DNA of 38,874 nucleotides, from positions 1 to 38,874 of the forward strand of contig JBMOEL010000002.1 of the NCBI GenBank assembly GCA_049314715.1. Direction: 5' to 3'. Positions 1 to 8,761 of the stretch are shown here, piece after piece. Numbering within the stretch: position 1 is the first letter of the stretch; each line of letters opens with the position of its first letter. This DNA is from Rickettsiales bacterium. Its GTDB lineage: Bacteria; Pseudomonadota; Alphaproteobacteria; Rickettsiales; UBA3002. Position numbers and translations under genes: made by a program. The notes beneath the pieces are model-generated. The model made no database searches. It saw nothing but the letters and a program-made list of their open reading frames with translations, and was not told where the DNA came from.

Positions 1-123
1 GCCATTCCGGTAACCGATGGATTGAAAACCATGCAGGCCGTGGCAAACCTTAAAAAGGCCTATGCTGATAAAGGAAAAGAGGTGGTGCTCAGCATTGAGA
101 AAGGAATCGTGCTGGGCATGATT
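1..123 (+). other. SecA-like internal fragment (Bacteroidota-type), probable chimeric or foreign end
   Basis: Frame 1 reads AIPVTDGLKTMQAVANLKKAYADKGKEVVLSIEKGIVLGMI. From memory this resembles the Bacteroidota SecA segment just before the 'ID..WKEHL' helix. The resemblance stops at ~123, where the reverse-strand virB6 sequence takes over. Confidence 0.6.
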
Positions 124-539
124 TGTAGAAATCCGATGACAAAAGCAATTTTAATGACCAGCAGCATCCCGCGCTGTGCAACTTGTCCCTCACCTTGTAA
201 TATCTTCACACCGAAAAAGGTAATGACTAGTACGAGGAACGCCATGATGGTTGGCTGCAGTAAATCTACGAACGCAATCGCCATTTGCTCACCTGCAGTC
301 TCGACAGTGTACATGACGCACGGCACAATCGCACCCGTGAGTGTGCCATAATCACTGCAAGATTTTCGTGCGCCATTCGCATCAACGGTTTCCATAGCAC
401 CAGAGATTGCAGGATTACCGCCACCACCCGCAGCGCCTGGTGGTGTTAAACCTAGAGCCGCAGCGTCCAGCGCATAGCTAGGCGCTGCTTGCACCAGCAG
501 GAACATAACGAGAGCTAACTGTAACAAAGCGCGCACCAT
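60..539 (-). CDS. virB6: VirB6/TrbL-family T4SS inner-membrane protein, second paralog (N-terminal part only, apparently truncated at ~123)
   Basis: Signal peptide, Cys pair (CSDYG...PCV) and hydrophobic segments parallel the N-terminus of the upstream VirB6. It starts 4 nt after that gene ends. At 159 aa it is far too short for VirB6. Confidence 0.75.
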   Translation of the reverse strand: MVRALLQLALVMFLLVQAAPSYALDAAALGLTPPGAAGGGGNPAISGAMETVDANGARKSCSDYGTLTGAIVPCVMYTVETAGEQMAIAFVDLLQPTIMAFLVLVITFFGVKILQGEGQVAQRGMLLVIKIAFVIGFLQIMPSTIPFSMLSTTSFPLSA

Positions 540-543
540 GATT

Positions 544-2115
544 TTAAGTTCCCTGTCGCCGTGTCGTCATCGCGCTACTCATTTGCCTACCCATTTGGCC
601 AGACATAGCGCTTTGCCATTTCCATCCGCCCGCCAGACCAAAGACGTTCGGCGTGGTGCGGAAGCTACCCACCAAGTCGTTGGCGATTTGTGGCACGACT
701 TTCATCAGCGCGTTCACGATAAATGACATCACCATCATCAGAATGGCCGAGGCCATCAGCTCATCCATGAATGCTTTTTCTATAGGATCGGTAGTATCTT
801 CATCCTCTAAGAAGCCTTCCCCAGCGTCAGTTGGCGGAACGACTTCGGGTCTGCGTGCATGAGCCAGCTTATTCCAATCAATCTCACGGATAGTGACACC
901 AACCACCCAACCTTGCGCACAGTTTTGTGCAGCCTCAACACTCTCGGTGCATTCGGAATCAAAATAAGGGACGACGCCCGGTCTATTCTCGCCCTCTGGC
1001 GCTTCACCGTTTGATCCTTGGGCTTTCAATTCCGGCCCTTCAACTCTTTTGCCATAGCCGTCTTTACTTTGAATATATGCATTGAGATTAAACCCGCTCG
1101 CTTTCGCTTCATCACCCGCGATAGTACGTACAAAGGATTGGTCGCCTGAAAATACCGTTACATCCAACGCGGCGCACGCAAAACTTACGAAGGTAACAAC
1201 AATGACGGGCTGCAAAGCGAATGATACGACCAGCCCCACCCAGTTATCAAAATACTGCTTGGTTTGACGGAACATGACGAGTGGTATGAAGAGCGGGCCA
1301 ATCAGCATCATGAATAGAATACCAATATAGGACATGAGGAATACGAATACGACTTTCACCAAGAAGAACAGCATGGTGTAAAGGAAACCTAATCCGATGA
1401 TGCCGATGATAAAACCCGGAACAGATGAAAAAATCGCCGAACCAAAAAAGGCAAATAAACCACGCGCTAGGCCAACTCCCGTAAGCTTTATGTTTGTTGT
1501 TTCGGTACCGCCTTCACCCATATCAATACCGAACGTTGTATCCATCAAACAATCCAAGCGCTGCCAGATGGTATCTTGTCCCTCCATGCAGCCAGATGCG
1601 GTGGGGTGATTGATATTTGAAAAACTGAACATCGACGCGGAAAGCGCATCCATCGAGTCGACGACCCAATGATAGAGCATGTCCGTATTCTGCACGAAAT
1701 AAACGACAAAACTTAGCTTGATAAGCATTACCATGGTATCGCGCGCAACGTTTTCGACCATACCGCCCGCGAGCATCACACCGTAGAAAATCACTGTTAG
1801 CGTAAGGAATCCCATGACGATGCCCGTTAGCATCGGCGTGAATTGCTCAAAAAACGCTTCACTTGCATTTTCGAGCGTGTCACGCACACACATGACGATA
1901 CGATTAGCAATACCATCATACTCGTCACATTGCGCGACCATGCCATTGCCTGTAGGTGCGGCTGCTGCTGCATTAAAATTCAAATTTAAATTCAAATCTA
2001 AATCCACTGCGTAGGCGGCATGAAGCGGGGCAAACAACAGCCAAACCGCCATACATAATGAAGCAACGACACAAAGCTTTTTGAGAATTTGCGTTGCGCC
2101 AATTGTCATGCTCAC
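544..2115 (-). CDS. virB6: VirB6/TrbL-family type IV secretion protein
   Basis: 523-aa polytopic membrane protein with 'IGPLFIPLVMFRQTKQYFDNW...SFALQP', typical of VirB6/TrbL. Overlaps the virB4 stop. Confidence 0.9.
   Translation of the reverse strand: MSMTIGATQILKKLCVVASLCMAVWLLFAPLHAAYAVDLDLNLNLNFNAAAAAPTGNGMVAQCDEYDGIANRIVMCVRDTLENASEAFFEQFTPMLTGIVMGFLTLTVIFYGVMLAGGMVENVARDTMVMLIKLSFVVYFVQNTDMLYHWVVDSMDALSASMFSFSNINHPTASGCMEGQDTIWQRLDCLMDTTFGIDMGEGGTETTNIKLTGVGLARGLFAFFGSAIFSSVPGFIIGIIGLGFLYTMLFFLVKVVFVFLMSYIGILFMMLIGPLFIPLVMFRQTKQYFDNWVGLVVSFALQPVIVVTFVSFACAALDVTVFSGDQSFVRTIAGDEAKASGFNLNAYIQSKDGYGKRVEGPELKAQGSNGEAPEGENRPGVVPYFDSECTESVEAAQNCAQGWVVGVTIREIDWNKLAHARRPEVVPPTDAGEGFLEDEDTTDPIEKAFMDELMASAILMMVMSFIVNALMKVVPQIANDLVGSFRTTPNVFGLAGGWKWQSAMSGQMGRQMSSAMTTRRQGT
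1976..2005. repeat. Five imperfect 6-bp tandem repeats (AAATYY) encoding DLDLNLNLNF in VirB6
   Basis: aaattc aaattt aaattc aaatct aaatcc. Confidence 0.7.
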
Positions 2116-4508
2116 ACCTCTTTCACACGTTTGGTGAAAATTGGTAGCCAGACTTCAGGATCATCCCCCACCTGCTTGCGGATTTCATCTAGCAATCCGA
2201 CCGTCTCTGCGCGACCAGAGAGCACGCTAATCACATCATCCATACCACTTAAATCAATGCGCGCCACGACGACGTCTTTGCCTTGTTTGACCAAGAAATA
2301 GCGCGTACCAGGGTCGGTGTTCTTCAGAAGATTAAACTCACGTTCCGATAACATGAATGCTTTACGATACGCGTCTGTTGCTTTGGGGTTGGGCAAGAAA
2401 ATTTGCGTGGCGGTTTGTTGAATCAACGTGTCCGAAATATCAGAATTCACCGCATCTTCCACCGACTGGGTTGCGAACACCACCATACCGTTGAGTTTTC
2501 GCAGCGTCTTCAACCAATCTTTAATTTTGCTAGCAAACACCTTGTTATCAATCAGCGCCCATGCCTCATCGAGAATGATCATGGTCGGTGTACCGTCCAG
2601 CGCTAACTGGATGCGGTGGAAAAGATAAAGCAGCACGGGAATTAGGCACACGCGATTACTGAGCACATCGCCCATCTCAAACCCAAAAACGGTACTGGAG
2701 CGAAAATCCATCACGTCTTCTACATGGTCGAAAATTTGCGCATAGCGCCCGTCGGAATGCCATGGCTTGAGACGCGTGGCGAGTGTGCCTGGGCCTTCCA
2801 AACCAAAGAACGCCGCGAGATTATGCAAGACGCGATCGCCCTTATTGAGCTTATAAAGCCCTTCAATCGCGCGCTGGATAATTTCATAATCCTCGGCTGT
2901 GACGGGCTCATCATTCACAGAAACCAATGCGCTTAACCATTCGGCAATGAAGCTACGATTCTCCATCGTATCGTCGAGTTGTAATGGATTGAAGTAGCAA
3001 CGTCTGCCTGGATCAATATGCGTATACTTTCCGCCAAGCGCACGCACGAAAATATCAACACCACGGTCTTTATCGAACATGAACATGCGACAATTATATT
3101 TTTGTGCCTGCGCGCAGAGGAAGTTCATGAGCACGGTTTTACCAGCACCAGTGGGCCCGATGATGGTGGTATGCCCCACATCGCGCGCGTGGAAATTAAA
3201 GTAAAATGGCGTGCCCGATGTGGTATCAAATACGGTGACCGCATCACCCCAATGATTGTCGGTTGCTTTACCAACAGGGTAGTTATGCATGGCGGCGAAG
3301 CCCGCAATATTGAGCGTGTTGATTTTCGCCTTACGGCCAACAAAATCAAAATTCGCGGGCAGTTGCGCCCAATAACATTGCTCAAGAATCATCTTCTCGC
3401 GAATCGGGTTGATGCCGACATTCACCATTTCCGCAATCACCATCGAAAGCGCGCCTTCTAGCGCGGCCAGCGAATCCTCGATGCAGGTAACCGTCAAATG
3501 ATGCTCACCGAATGCGATATGGCCGGACATCGCCATATCCAGTGCGTCGGAGATTTCGCGCACCTGCGATACCGCAACGTCCTGTGAGTTAGACATGCGG
3601 CGTTGTTGCAATTGCATGGCGCCAATATTCGTTTGGCGATTTAGAAACTGATAAGACTGCGCTACAATAAATTCGAATGGCAACTGTAAGAACGCGTCCA
3701 TAATGCCTGCCGCTGTGGCGGGCGAGTATTCCTTGATGCTGATAATCCCCGCATATTTCACGCCTGTTGGGGTGCGAATCTCAATGGCACGATTACCGAA
3801 ATAAAGGCGATTCATGGGGATATACTGCGAAATGGGCATAGAAGGCACGAGCATGGGCTGTGAATCACCGCCATTTACCAACCGTCCTAAAAATTCGAGC
3901 GGTTCGGAGATGGGGCCAAACTCCGTTTGCTTAGTGGTGAGTACGCGCGCGCCATAATCCTTAAAGGTGGCGAGCACGCGGTAGACTGCTTCTTTCAGCT
4001 CTTTATGTGCCTCACGTAACTGCACCGCTTCGGATTCTTTGTCCGCCTTGCTTTCAATTTTTTGGAACATCGTCTCAAATTTCGCGACGCCCTTCGTGTC
4101 TTGCTTGCGAACAATGGTGATATAAAGCTCATTCACAAAACTCGATTTTGAGTGGTGTTTTTGCTTCCACCTGTCATCCAGTGTTTTGGCGAAACCTTTG
4201 GGCATTTCACCACCAGGATAGCCCGTTTGCCTACGGCGCACCATGTGGAACCACATGGAAAACGTGCCCTCCGCCATCGACTTGTAGAGCGAGTTACGCA
4301 CCATTTTTTTCATATCGACAACGTCATCATCTGCCGTTTCGAAAGAGAAACCATCTACCTTGATGATCTGTAGCAGTTCTTTGTTTTTGGTGATGATGGT
4401 GTCTTTGTCCCAATGATAATCATAAGGAATGAACGTCGCGGCAGAAACCTCACGCTTGGAGACGCGCGCTTTCGAGACCGTACGTTTTTTCAACTGACCA
4501 AGCAGCAT
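2112..4508 (-). CDS. virB4: VirB4 type IV secretion ATPase
   Basis: 798 aa; Walker A GPTGAGKT, FDKDRG, Walker B IILDEAW, LRKLNG, FATQS. Confidence 0.97.
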   Translation of the reverse strand: MLLGQLKKRTVSKARVSKREVSAATFIPYDYHWDKDTIITKNKELLQIIKVDGFSFETADDDVVDMKKMVRNSLYKSMAEGTFSMWFHMVRRRQTGYPGGEMPKGFAKTLDDRWKQKHHSKSSFVNELYITIVRKQDTKGVAKFETMFQKIESKADKESEAVQLREAHKELKEAVYRVLATFKDYGARVLTTKQTEFGPISEPLEFLGRLVNGGDSQPMLVPSMPISQYIPMNRLYFGNRAIEIRTPTGVKYAGIISIKEYSPATAAGIMDAFLQLPFEFIVAQSYQFLNRQTNIGAMQLQQRRMSNSQDVAVSQVREISDALDMAMSGHIAFGEHHLTVTCIEDSLAALEGALSMVIAEMVNVGINPIREKMILEQCYWAQLPANFDFVGRKAKINTLNIAGFAAMHNYPVGKATDNHWGDAVTVFDTTSGTPFYFNFHARDVGHTTIIGPTGAGKTVLMNFLCAQAQKYNCRMFMFDKDRGVDIFVRALGGKYTHIDPGRRCYFNPLQLDDTMENRSFIAEWLSALVSVNDEPVTAEDYEIIQRAIEGLYKLNKGDRVLHNLAAFFGLEGPGTLATRLKPWHSDGRYAQIFDHVEDVMDFRSSTVFGFEMGDVLSNRVCLIPVLLYLFHRIQLALDGTPTMIILDEAWALIDNKVFASKIKDWLKTLRKLNGMVVFATQSVEDAVNSDISDTLIQQTATQIFLPNPKATDAYRKAFMLSEREFNLLKNTDPGTRYFLVKQGKDVVVARIDLSGMDDVISVLSGRAETVGLLDEIRKQVGDDPEVWLPIFTKRVKEV

Positions 4509-4804
4509 CAGAACACGTCATACGAGTTAGTGTGATGGTGATAACCGCGATTCCACGTGAGGAAGCCTTTGCTTAGACGCAGCATCCACAGTTCCACTGC
4601 ACGCGGCTCTTTCATACAAAGCAAATAGCCGAAGCCGTGAATGAATACGCCGTAGAAGAACGAGGTGAAGTCCGCCGTGTTGATGAACATGCTCATCGTG
4701 ATCATCGCGTTGACCACGAAATACATGTAGCTCACGCCCGCAATCATGGGCGGTCTAGCAAGACCTTGGAATAACGGATCGGCTTTGAGTCGGCCACCGG
4801 CCAT
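4508..4804 (-). CDS. virB3: VirB3 type IV secretion protein
   Basis: 'DPLFQGLARPPMIAGV' motif and C-terminal NSY; TGATG overlap with virB4. The ATG at 4804 follows a G-rich SD. Confidence 0.93.
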   Translation of the reverse strand: MAGGRLKADPLFQGLARPPMIAGVSYMYFVVNAMITMSMFINTADFTSFFYGVFIHGFGYLLCMKEPRAVELWMLRLSKGFLTWNRGYHHHTNSYDVF

Positions 4805-4877
4805 GGTACCACCCCTTTTTGCCCGCAAATTGTTTTGAATTTCTTAGTGTTAGCGAGCACGCTAGCATTTTATGAAA

Positions 4878-4909
4878 ATTCTACCAAGGAATACTTAAGT
4901 TTTGGTTAA
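4878..4909 (-). promoter_or_regulatory. virB3 promoter with TTAA-N7-TTAA (CtrA-type) site
   Basis: Minus strand TTAA-CCAAAAC-TTAAG (4909-4894), 10 nt, then TAGAAT (4883-4878) as the -10. Confidence 0.65.
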
Positions 4910-4957
4910 GAGAGGGGGATGGTTGTTAGTAGTTTTGTGGCATTTTTGTTATGAGAA

Positions 4958-5027
4958 CCTGCGTAGCGCCGTAGCTGCGCGAGCCGCTTGCGGCGGGGGA
5001 GTCGCGAGGGGGTAAGACCCCCTCGAA
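4958..5027. repeat. GC-rich REP-like palindromic element at the ftsY 3' end
   Basis: Hairpins GCCGC-tt-GCGGC (4983-4994) and perfect CGAGGGGGT-aag-ACCCCCTCG (5005-5025); no adjacent U-tract. Confidence 0.55.
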
Positions 5028-6017
5028 CTAAGATTTTACACCGACCAGAGCCTTGGCAAATGCTTCTGCGTCAAAGGCTTGCAAATCGGCGACGCCCTCA
5101 CCCACCCCAATCGCGTGAATCGGCAGGCCAAATTGTTCGGCCAATGCCACGACGACACCTGCTTTTGCTGTACCGTCGAGCTTGGTGACGATAAGCCCTG
5201 TCACCCCTGCAGTATCCTTGAATGCTGCGACTTGCGAAAGCGCGTTTTGGCCAGTCGTTGCGTCAAGCACCTGAATCACGGCGCTGGGTGCGGTACCATC
5301 TATTTTTTGAATGGAACGGATGATTTTTTGTAGCTCGGCCATGAGGTTGTCTTTGGTGTGCAACCGCCCTGCGGTATCGATGAATAACAGATCGATATGT
5401 TCGTGCTTCGCCTGCTCCATTGCGCGGTAAGCAACTGCCGCAGGGTCTGAGTTTTCTGCACCTGTAATACACGGCACATCGGCGCGTTTTGCCCATTCCA
5501 AAAGCTGCTCCACTGCGGCGGCGCGGAAGGTGTCAGCGGCCGCCAACATCACCTTTTTACCTTGTGATTTATAGTGCGAGGCGAGCTTACCAATGGTCGT
5601 TGTTTTACCGTTACCATTCACGCCGACGACGAGAATACATATAGGTTTGTCCGCTACTCCCTCCCCCACAGGGGGAGGGTTGGGGTGGGGGCATAAGGGC
5701 ACGTTCAACGTATCCATAAGCCCCCCTCCTAACCTCCCCCCCCCTCCTAACCTCCCCCCTGCGGGGGGAGGAACAGCCACTACTAATCGCCTTGCAATCG
5801 CCTCGGCAAGTAGGTTTTTTATTTCATCTTCGGTAATATCCTTATCGACGCGACCTTGCGAAATTTCGGCAACGATGCTCGCTGCAGCCTTGGCGCCCAC
5901 ATCGCTCATGATGAGCAGTTCTTCTAACTCCTCTAATGTCGCTGCATCTAATTTTTTATGGGTAAAAATTTCTGCGAAGCGCGAGGAAGTTTTGAAAAGT
6001 CCAGAGAAAAGACTCAT
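5028..6017 (-). CDS. ftsY: Signal recognition particle receptor FtsY (short NG-type) with in-frame repeat insertion
   Basis: [32 protein letters not shown]; ~40-aa Gly/Pro-rich insert between the N and G domains. Confidence 0.97.
   Translation of the reverse strand: MSLFSGLFKTSSRFAEIFTHKKLDAATLEELEELLIMSDVGAKAAASIVAEISQGRVDKDITEDEIKNLLAEAIARRLVVAVPPPAGGRLGGGGRLGGGLMDTLNVPLCPHPNPPPVGEGVADKPICILVVGVNGNGKTTTIGKLASHYKSQGKKVMLAAADTFRAAAVEQLLEWAKRADVPCITGAENSDPAAVAYRAMEQAKHEHIDLLFIDTAGRLHTKDNLMAELQKIIRSIQKIDGTAPSAVIQVLDATTGQNALSQVAAFKDTAGVTGLIVTKLDGTAKAGVVVALAEQFGLPIHAIGVGEGVADLQAFDAEAFAKALVGVKS
5656..5774. mobile_element. Bipartite palindromic repeat (REP/RPE-like) inserted in frame in ftsY
   Basis: Two 9-bp hairpins, CCCTCCCCC-aca-GGGGGAGGG (5659-5679) and CCTCCCCCC-tgc-GGGGGGAGG (5751-5771), lie in mutually inverted arms. 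An 18-bp tandem duplication encodes GGRLGG twice. Confidence 0.8.
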
Positions 6018-6020
6018 GGC

Positions 6021-7259
6021 TCAGGCCGCAAATAGCATGTTGGGTGATGCACTCGCCACACTGACAGCACAAAGCGAACCGACAGGCATTTCATGAGTGA
6101 GTGTCACGGGCGCGAAGGTTTCGCTATGTCCTGTTTTGCCGCCCTGCTCGACCACGATATTGATGGTTTTACCTACACACGTTTGTAGATATATCGTGAC
6201 TTGCTTTTCACCTGCTTCGCGCAAACGCGCAGCGCGTTCTTTGCGCAAGGCCATCGCAACTTGCGGCATTTTCGCAGCGGGCGTGCCCGCGCGCGCGGAG
6301 TATGGGAAAACGTGCAGATACGTCAGATTCGCTTCCTCCACCAAACGCAAAGTGTTCTCGAACATTGCATCCGTCTCGGTTGGGAAGCCCGCAATAATAT
6401 CTGCGCCGTACACCATATCAGGGCGCAACTGACGCACTTTTTCACAAAACTCGACGATATCTTTGCGTAAGTGGCGGCGCTTCATGCGCTTCAACACCAT
6501 GTCATCACCCGCTTGCAAACTGACATGCAGATGGGGCATCAAGCGCGGCTCTTCCGCGATAAGTCGATAGAGATCATCATCCACTTCCACTGCATCAATC
6601 GACGAAAGGCGCAGGCGTTTTAGCTCCGGCACTTGCGCCAATACACGGCGCATCATTTGGCCGAGTGTTGGCTCGCCCGGCAAATCCTTGCCGTAATCGG
6701 AAACATCTACACCCGTAAACACGACTTCATTGTAGCCATTCTCAACCAGCGTGCGCACTTGCGCGACGATTTCGCCGATAGGAACGGAACGCGAATTACC
6801 GCGACCATAGGGAATAATACAAAACGTGCAGCGATGGTTGCAGCCATTCTGCACTTGAATGAAGGCACGTGCACGACCATCGAACGACGCAACGAGATGC
6901 GATGCGGTTTCTTTCACCGACATAATATCATTCACCTGCGCGCGCTCAGTATCCACGCTCAAATACGGCGCAGCCTTCATCTTCTCATCATTGCCGAGAA
7001 CAGCGTTCACCTCGGGCATTGCTTTGAAATCTTCGGCGTGTACTTGCGCTGCACAGCCCGTAACAATGATACGCGCATTGGGGTTCTCGCGCCGCGCACG
7101 ACGAATCGACTGGCGCGCTTGTTTCTCGGCTTCCGCTGTCACCGCGCAGGTATTGAAAATAATGGTGTCTTTCAGCCCCGCCGCTTCGGCGTGAGTCTTC
7201 ATCACTTCGCTTTCGTAAGTGTTCAGGCGGCAACCAAATGTGACAACATTAACCGACAT
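6021..7259 (-). CDS. mtaB: tRNA t6A37 methylthiotransferase MtaB (radical SAM)
   Basis: TFGCRLNTYES, NTCAVT, VTGC, CNHRCTFC; conserved dapF-mtaB-ftsY order. Confidence 0.95.
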   Translation of the reverse strand: MSVNVVTFGCRLNTYESEVMKTHAEAAGLKDTIIFNTCAVTAEAEKQARQSIRRARRENPNARIIVTGCAAQVHAEDFKAMPEVNAVLGNDEKMKAAPYLSVDTERAQVNDIMSVKETASHLVASFDGRARAFIQVQNGCNHRCTFCIIPYGRGNSRSVPIGEIVAQVRTLVENGYNEVVFTGVDVSDYGKDLPGEPTLGQMMRRVLAQVPELKRLRLSSIDAVEVDDDLYRLIAEEPRLMPHLHVSLQAGDDMVLKRMKRRHLRKDIVEFCEKVRQLRPDMVYGADIIAGFPTETDAMFENTLRLVEEANLTYLHVFPYSARAGTPAAKMPQVAMALRKERAARLREAGEKQVTIYLQTCVGKTINIVVEQGGKTGHSETFAPVTLTHEMPVGSLCAVSVASASPNMLFAA

Positions 7260-8073
7260 ATTCGCCCTTGAATACGTAGGCCACGGGCCCCGTCATCAAG
7301 ACACGACCATTACCTTCGCCTTGTATCCATTCAATCTCCAGCGTACCACCCGGAAGTTCCACGCTTACTTTACGCGCGCAGAGTTCGCGGCGCACAGCGG
7401 CAACCACCGCAGCACAGGCAGCGGAACCACAGGCGAGCGTTTCACCCGTACCGCGTTCCCACACTTTCATGCGTAGACGATTCGCATCAAGCACTTGCAC
7501 GGCGCTGATATTGGCGCGCTCAGGGAAGAGTGGATTCACTTCCAACTTTTTGCCCCACTCACCCATACGCACGAAGTTGGTATCGCGCACGAAGAAAATC
7601 GCGTGTGGGTTGCCCATGTTCACGGCGACAGGGTCCATCAACCCGCCTTCTTCTAAACCGAGGTGCAGCGTATTGCGCGATTCGCTGAGCGGAATCTGCT
7701 GCCAGTCCCATTTTGGTTCGCCCATATCGACTTGAACCAAGTCTGCACCGATACGCGTTGCATTAACTACGCCAGCACCTGTTTCGATAGTTACCTTATC
7801 TTTCTTTAATTCGCGCATCAGCATGTCGCCCACGCAACGCGACGCATTGCCGCAGGTCGAAATTTTCGACCCATCACAGTTATATATATGCATGTAAGCA
7901 TCAGCGGTTTTGGAATTGTCGATGACCACCAGTTGATCGCAACCAATACCCAAGCGCCTGTCAGCGAGATGCTTCGCCAAGGCTTCGTCGATTTTCAATG
8001 CATGTTTACGCACATCAATGACTACAAAGTCATTGCCGGTGCCGTGCATTTTTTGGAATGGTATGTTGCTCAT
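7249..8073 (-). CDS. dapF: Diaminopimelate epimerase
   Basis: KMHGTGNDF, CGNASRC, MGNPH, WERGTGETLACGS. Confidence 0.97.
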   Translation of the reverse strand: MSNIPFQKMHGTGNDFVVIDVRKHALKIDEALAKHLADRRLGIGCDQLVVIDNSKTADAYMHIYNCDGSKISTCGNASRCVGDMLMRELKKDKVTIETGAGVVNATRIGADLVQVDMGEPKWDWQQIPLSESRNTLHLGLEEGGLMDPVAVNMGNPHAIFFVRDTNFVRMGEWGKKLEVNPLFPERANISAVQVLDANRLRMKVWERGTGETLACGSAACAAVVAAVRRELCARKVSVELPGGTLEIEWIQGEGNGRVLMTGPVAYVFKGEYVG

Positions 8074-8181
8074 AGTCCGCGCTTATAGCGCAGCCAAAGG
8101 CTTAAGCGCCATTAAAAAATAACCCACGCTTGGACGGCCGTTGAGGCCGAAAGCCCCAGCGGCGCTTGAGCGCACTAAATA

Positions 8182-8637
8182 CTAAAACGGAATCTCATCA
8201 TCGAGCGAGGCTTCGGCCACCTTTGAACGCTGATAGCCACCAGCAGCCGGAGCGTCATAACCACCTGCTCCTTCCTCGCGGTCGCGCTTGTCAAGCATGG
8301 TGAGGTTGCCGTTATAGCCCTGCAACACCACTTCGGTGCTGTATTTGTCTTGGCCGGATTCTTTGTCCTGCCATTTGCGGGTTTGGAGCTGGCCTTCAAT
8401 ATAGACTTTCGCGCCTTTTTTCAGGTAATTCTTCGCGACGGTCACCAAATTATCGTTGAAAATCACCACACGGTGCCACTCGGTCTTTTCTTTGCGCTCG
8501 CCCGTGTTCTTATCTTTCCATGTATCGGACGTTGCAATCGTAAGGTTGCAGATTTCGCGCCCGTCTTGGGTTGCGCGTACTTCAGGGTCTTTGCCCAGAT
8601 TACCGACTAAAATTACTTTGTTGATGCTGCCAGCCAT
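8182..8637 (-). CDS. ssb: Single-stranded DNA-binding protein
   Basis: [19 protein letters not shown] ... C-terminal DDEIPF. Confidence 0.98.
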   Translation of the reverse strand: MAGSINKVILVGNLGKDPEVRATQDGREICNLTIATSDTWKDKNTGERKEKTEWHRVVIFNDNLVTVAKNYLKKGAKVYIEGQLQTRKWQDKESGQDKYSTEVVLQGYNGNLTMLDKRDREEGAGGYDAPAAGGYQRSKVAEASLDDEIPF

Positions 8638-8708
8638 TGTCGTCACTCCGTTTGGTTTTGTAGAGCGTCACTATACGGTCTATTTGCGGCCATGCAACGG
8701 CTTTCCCA

Positions 8709-8738
8709 TTGACCTGTGGAGAGAATGCCCCTTATAGT
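8709..8738 (+). promoter_or_regulatory. Sigma70-type promoter for uvrA
   Basis: TTGACC-N18-TATAGT, 23 nt before the ATG. Confidence 0.55.
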
Positions 8739-8761
8739 GCCCGACCCTCCGAAAGGCTTTT

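Noticed and set aside
22-351. 109-aa plus-strand ORF
   Set aside because: Beyond ~123 it is simply the antisense of virB6; not a coherent gene.
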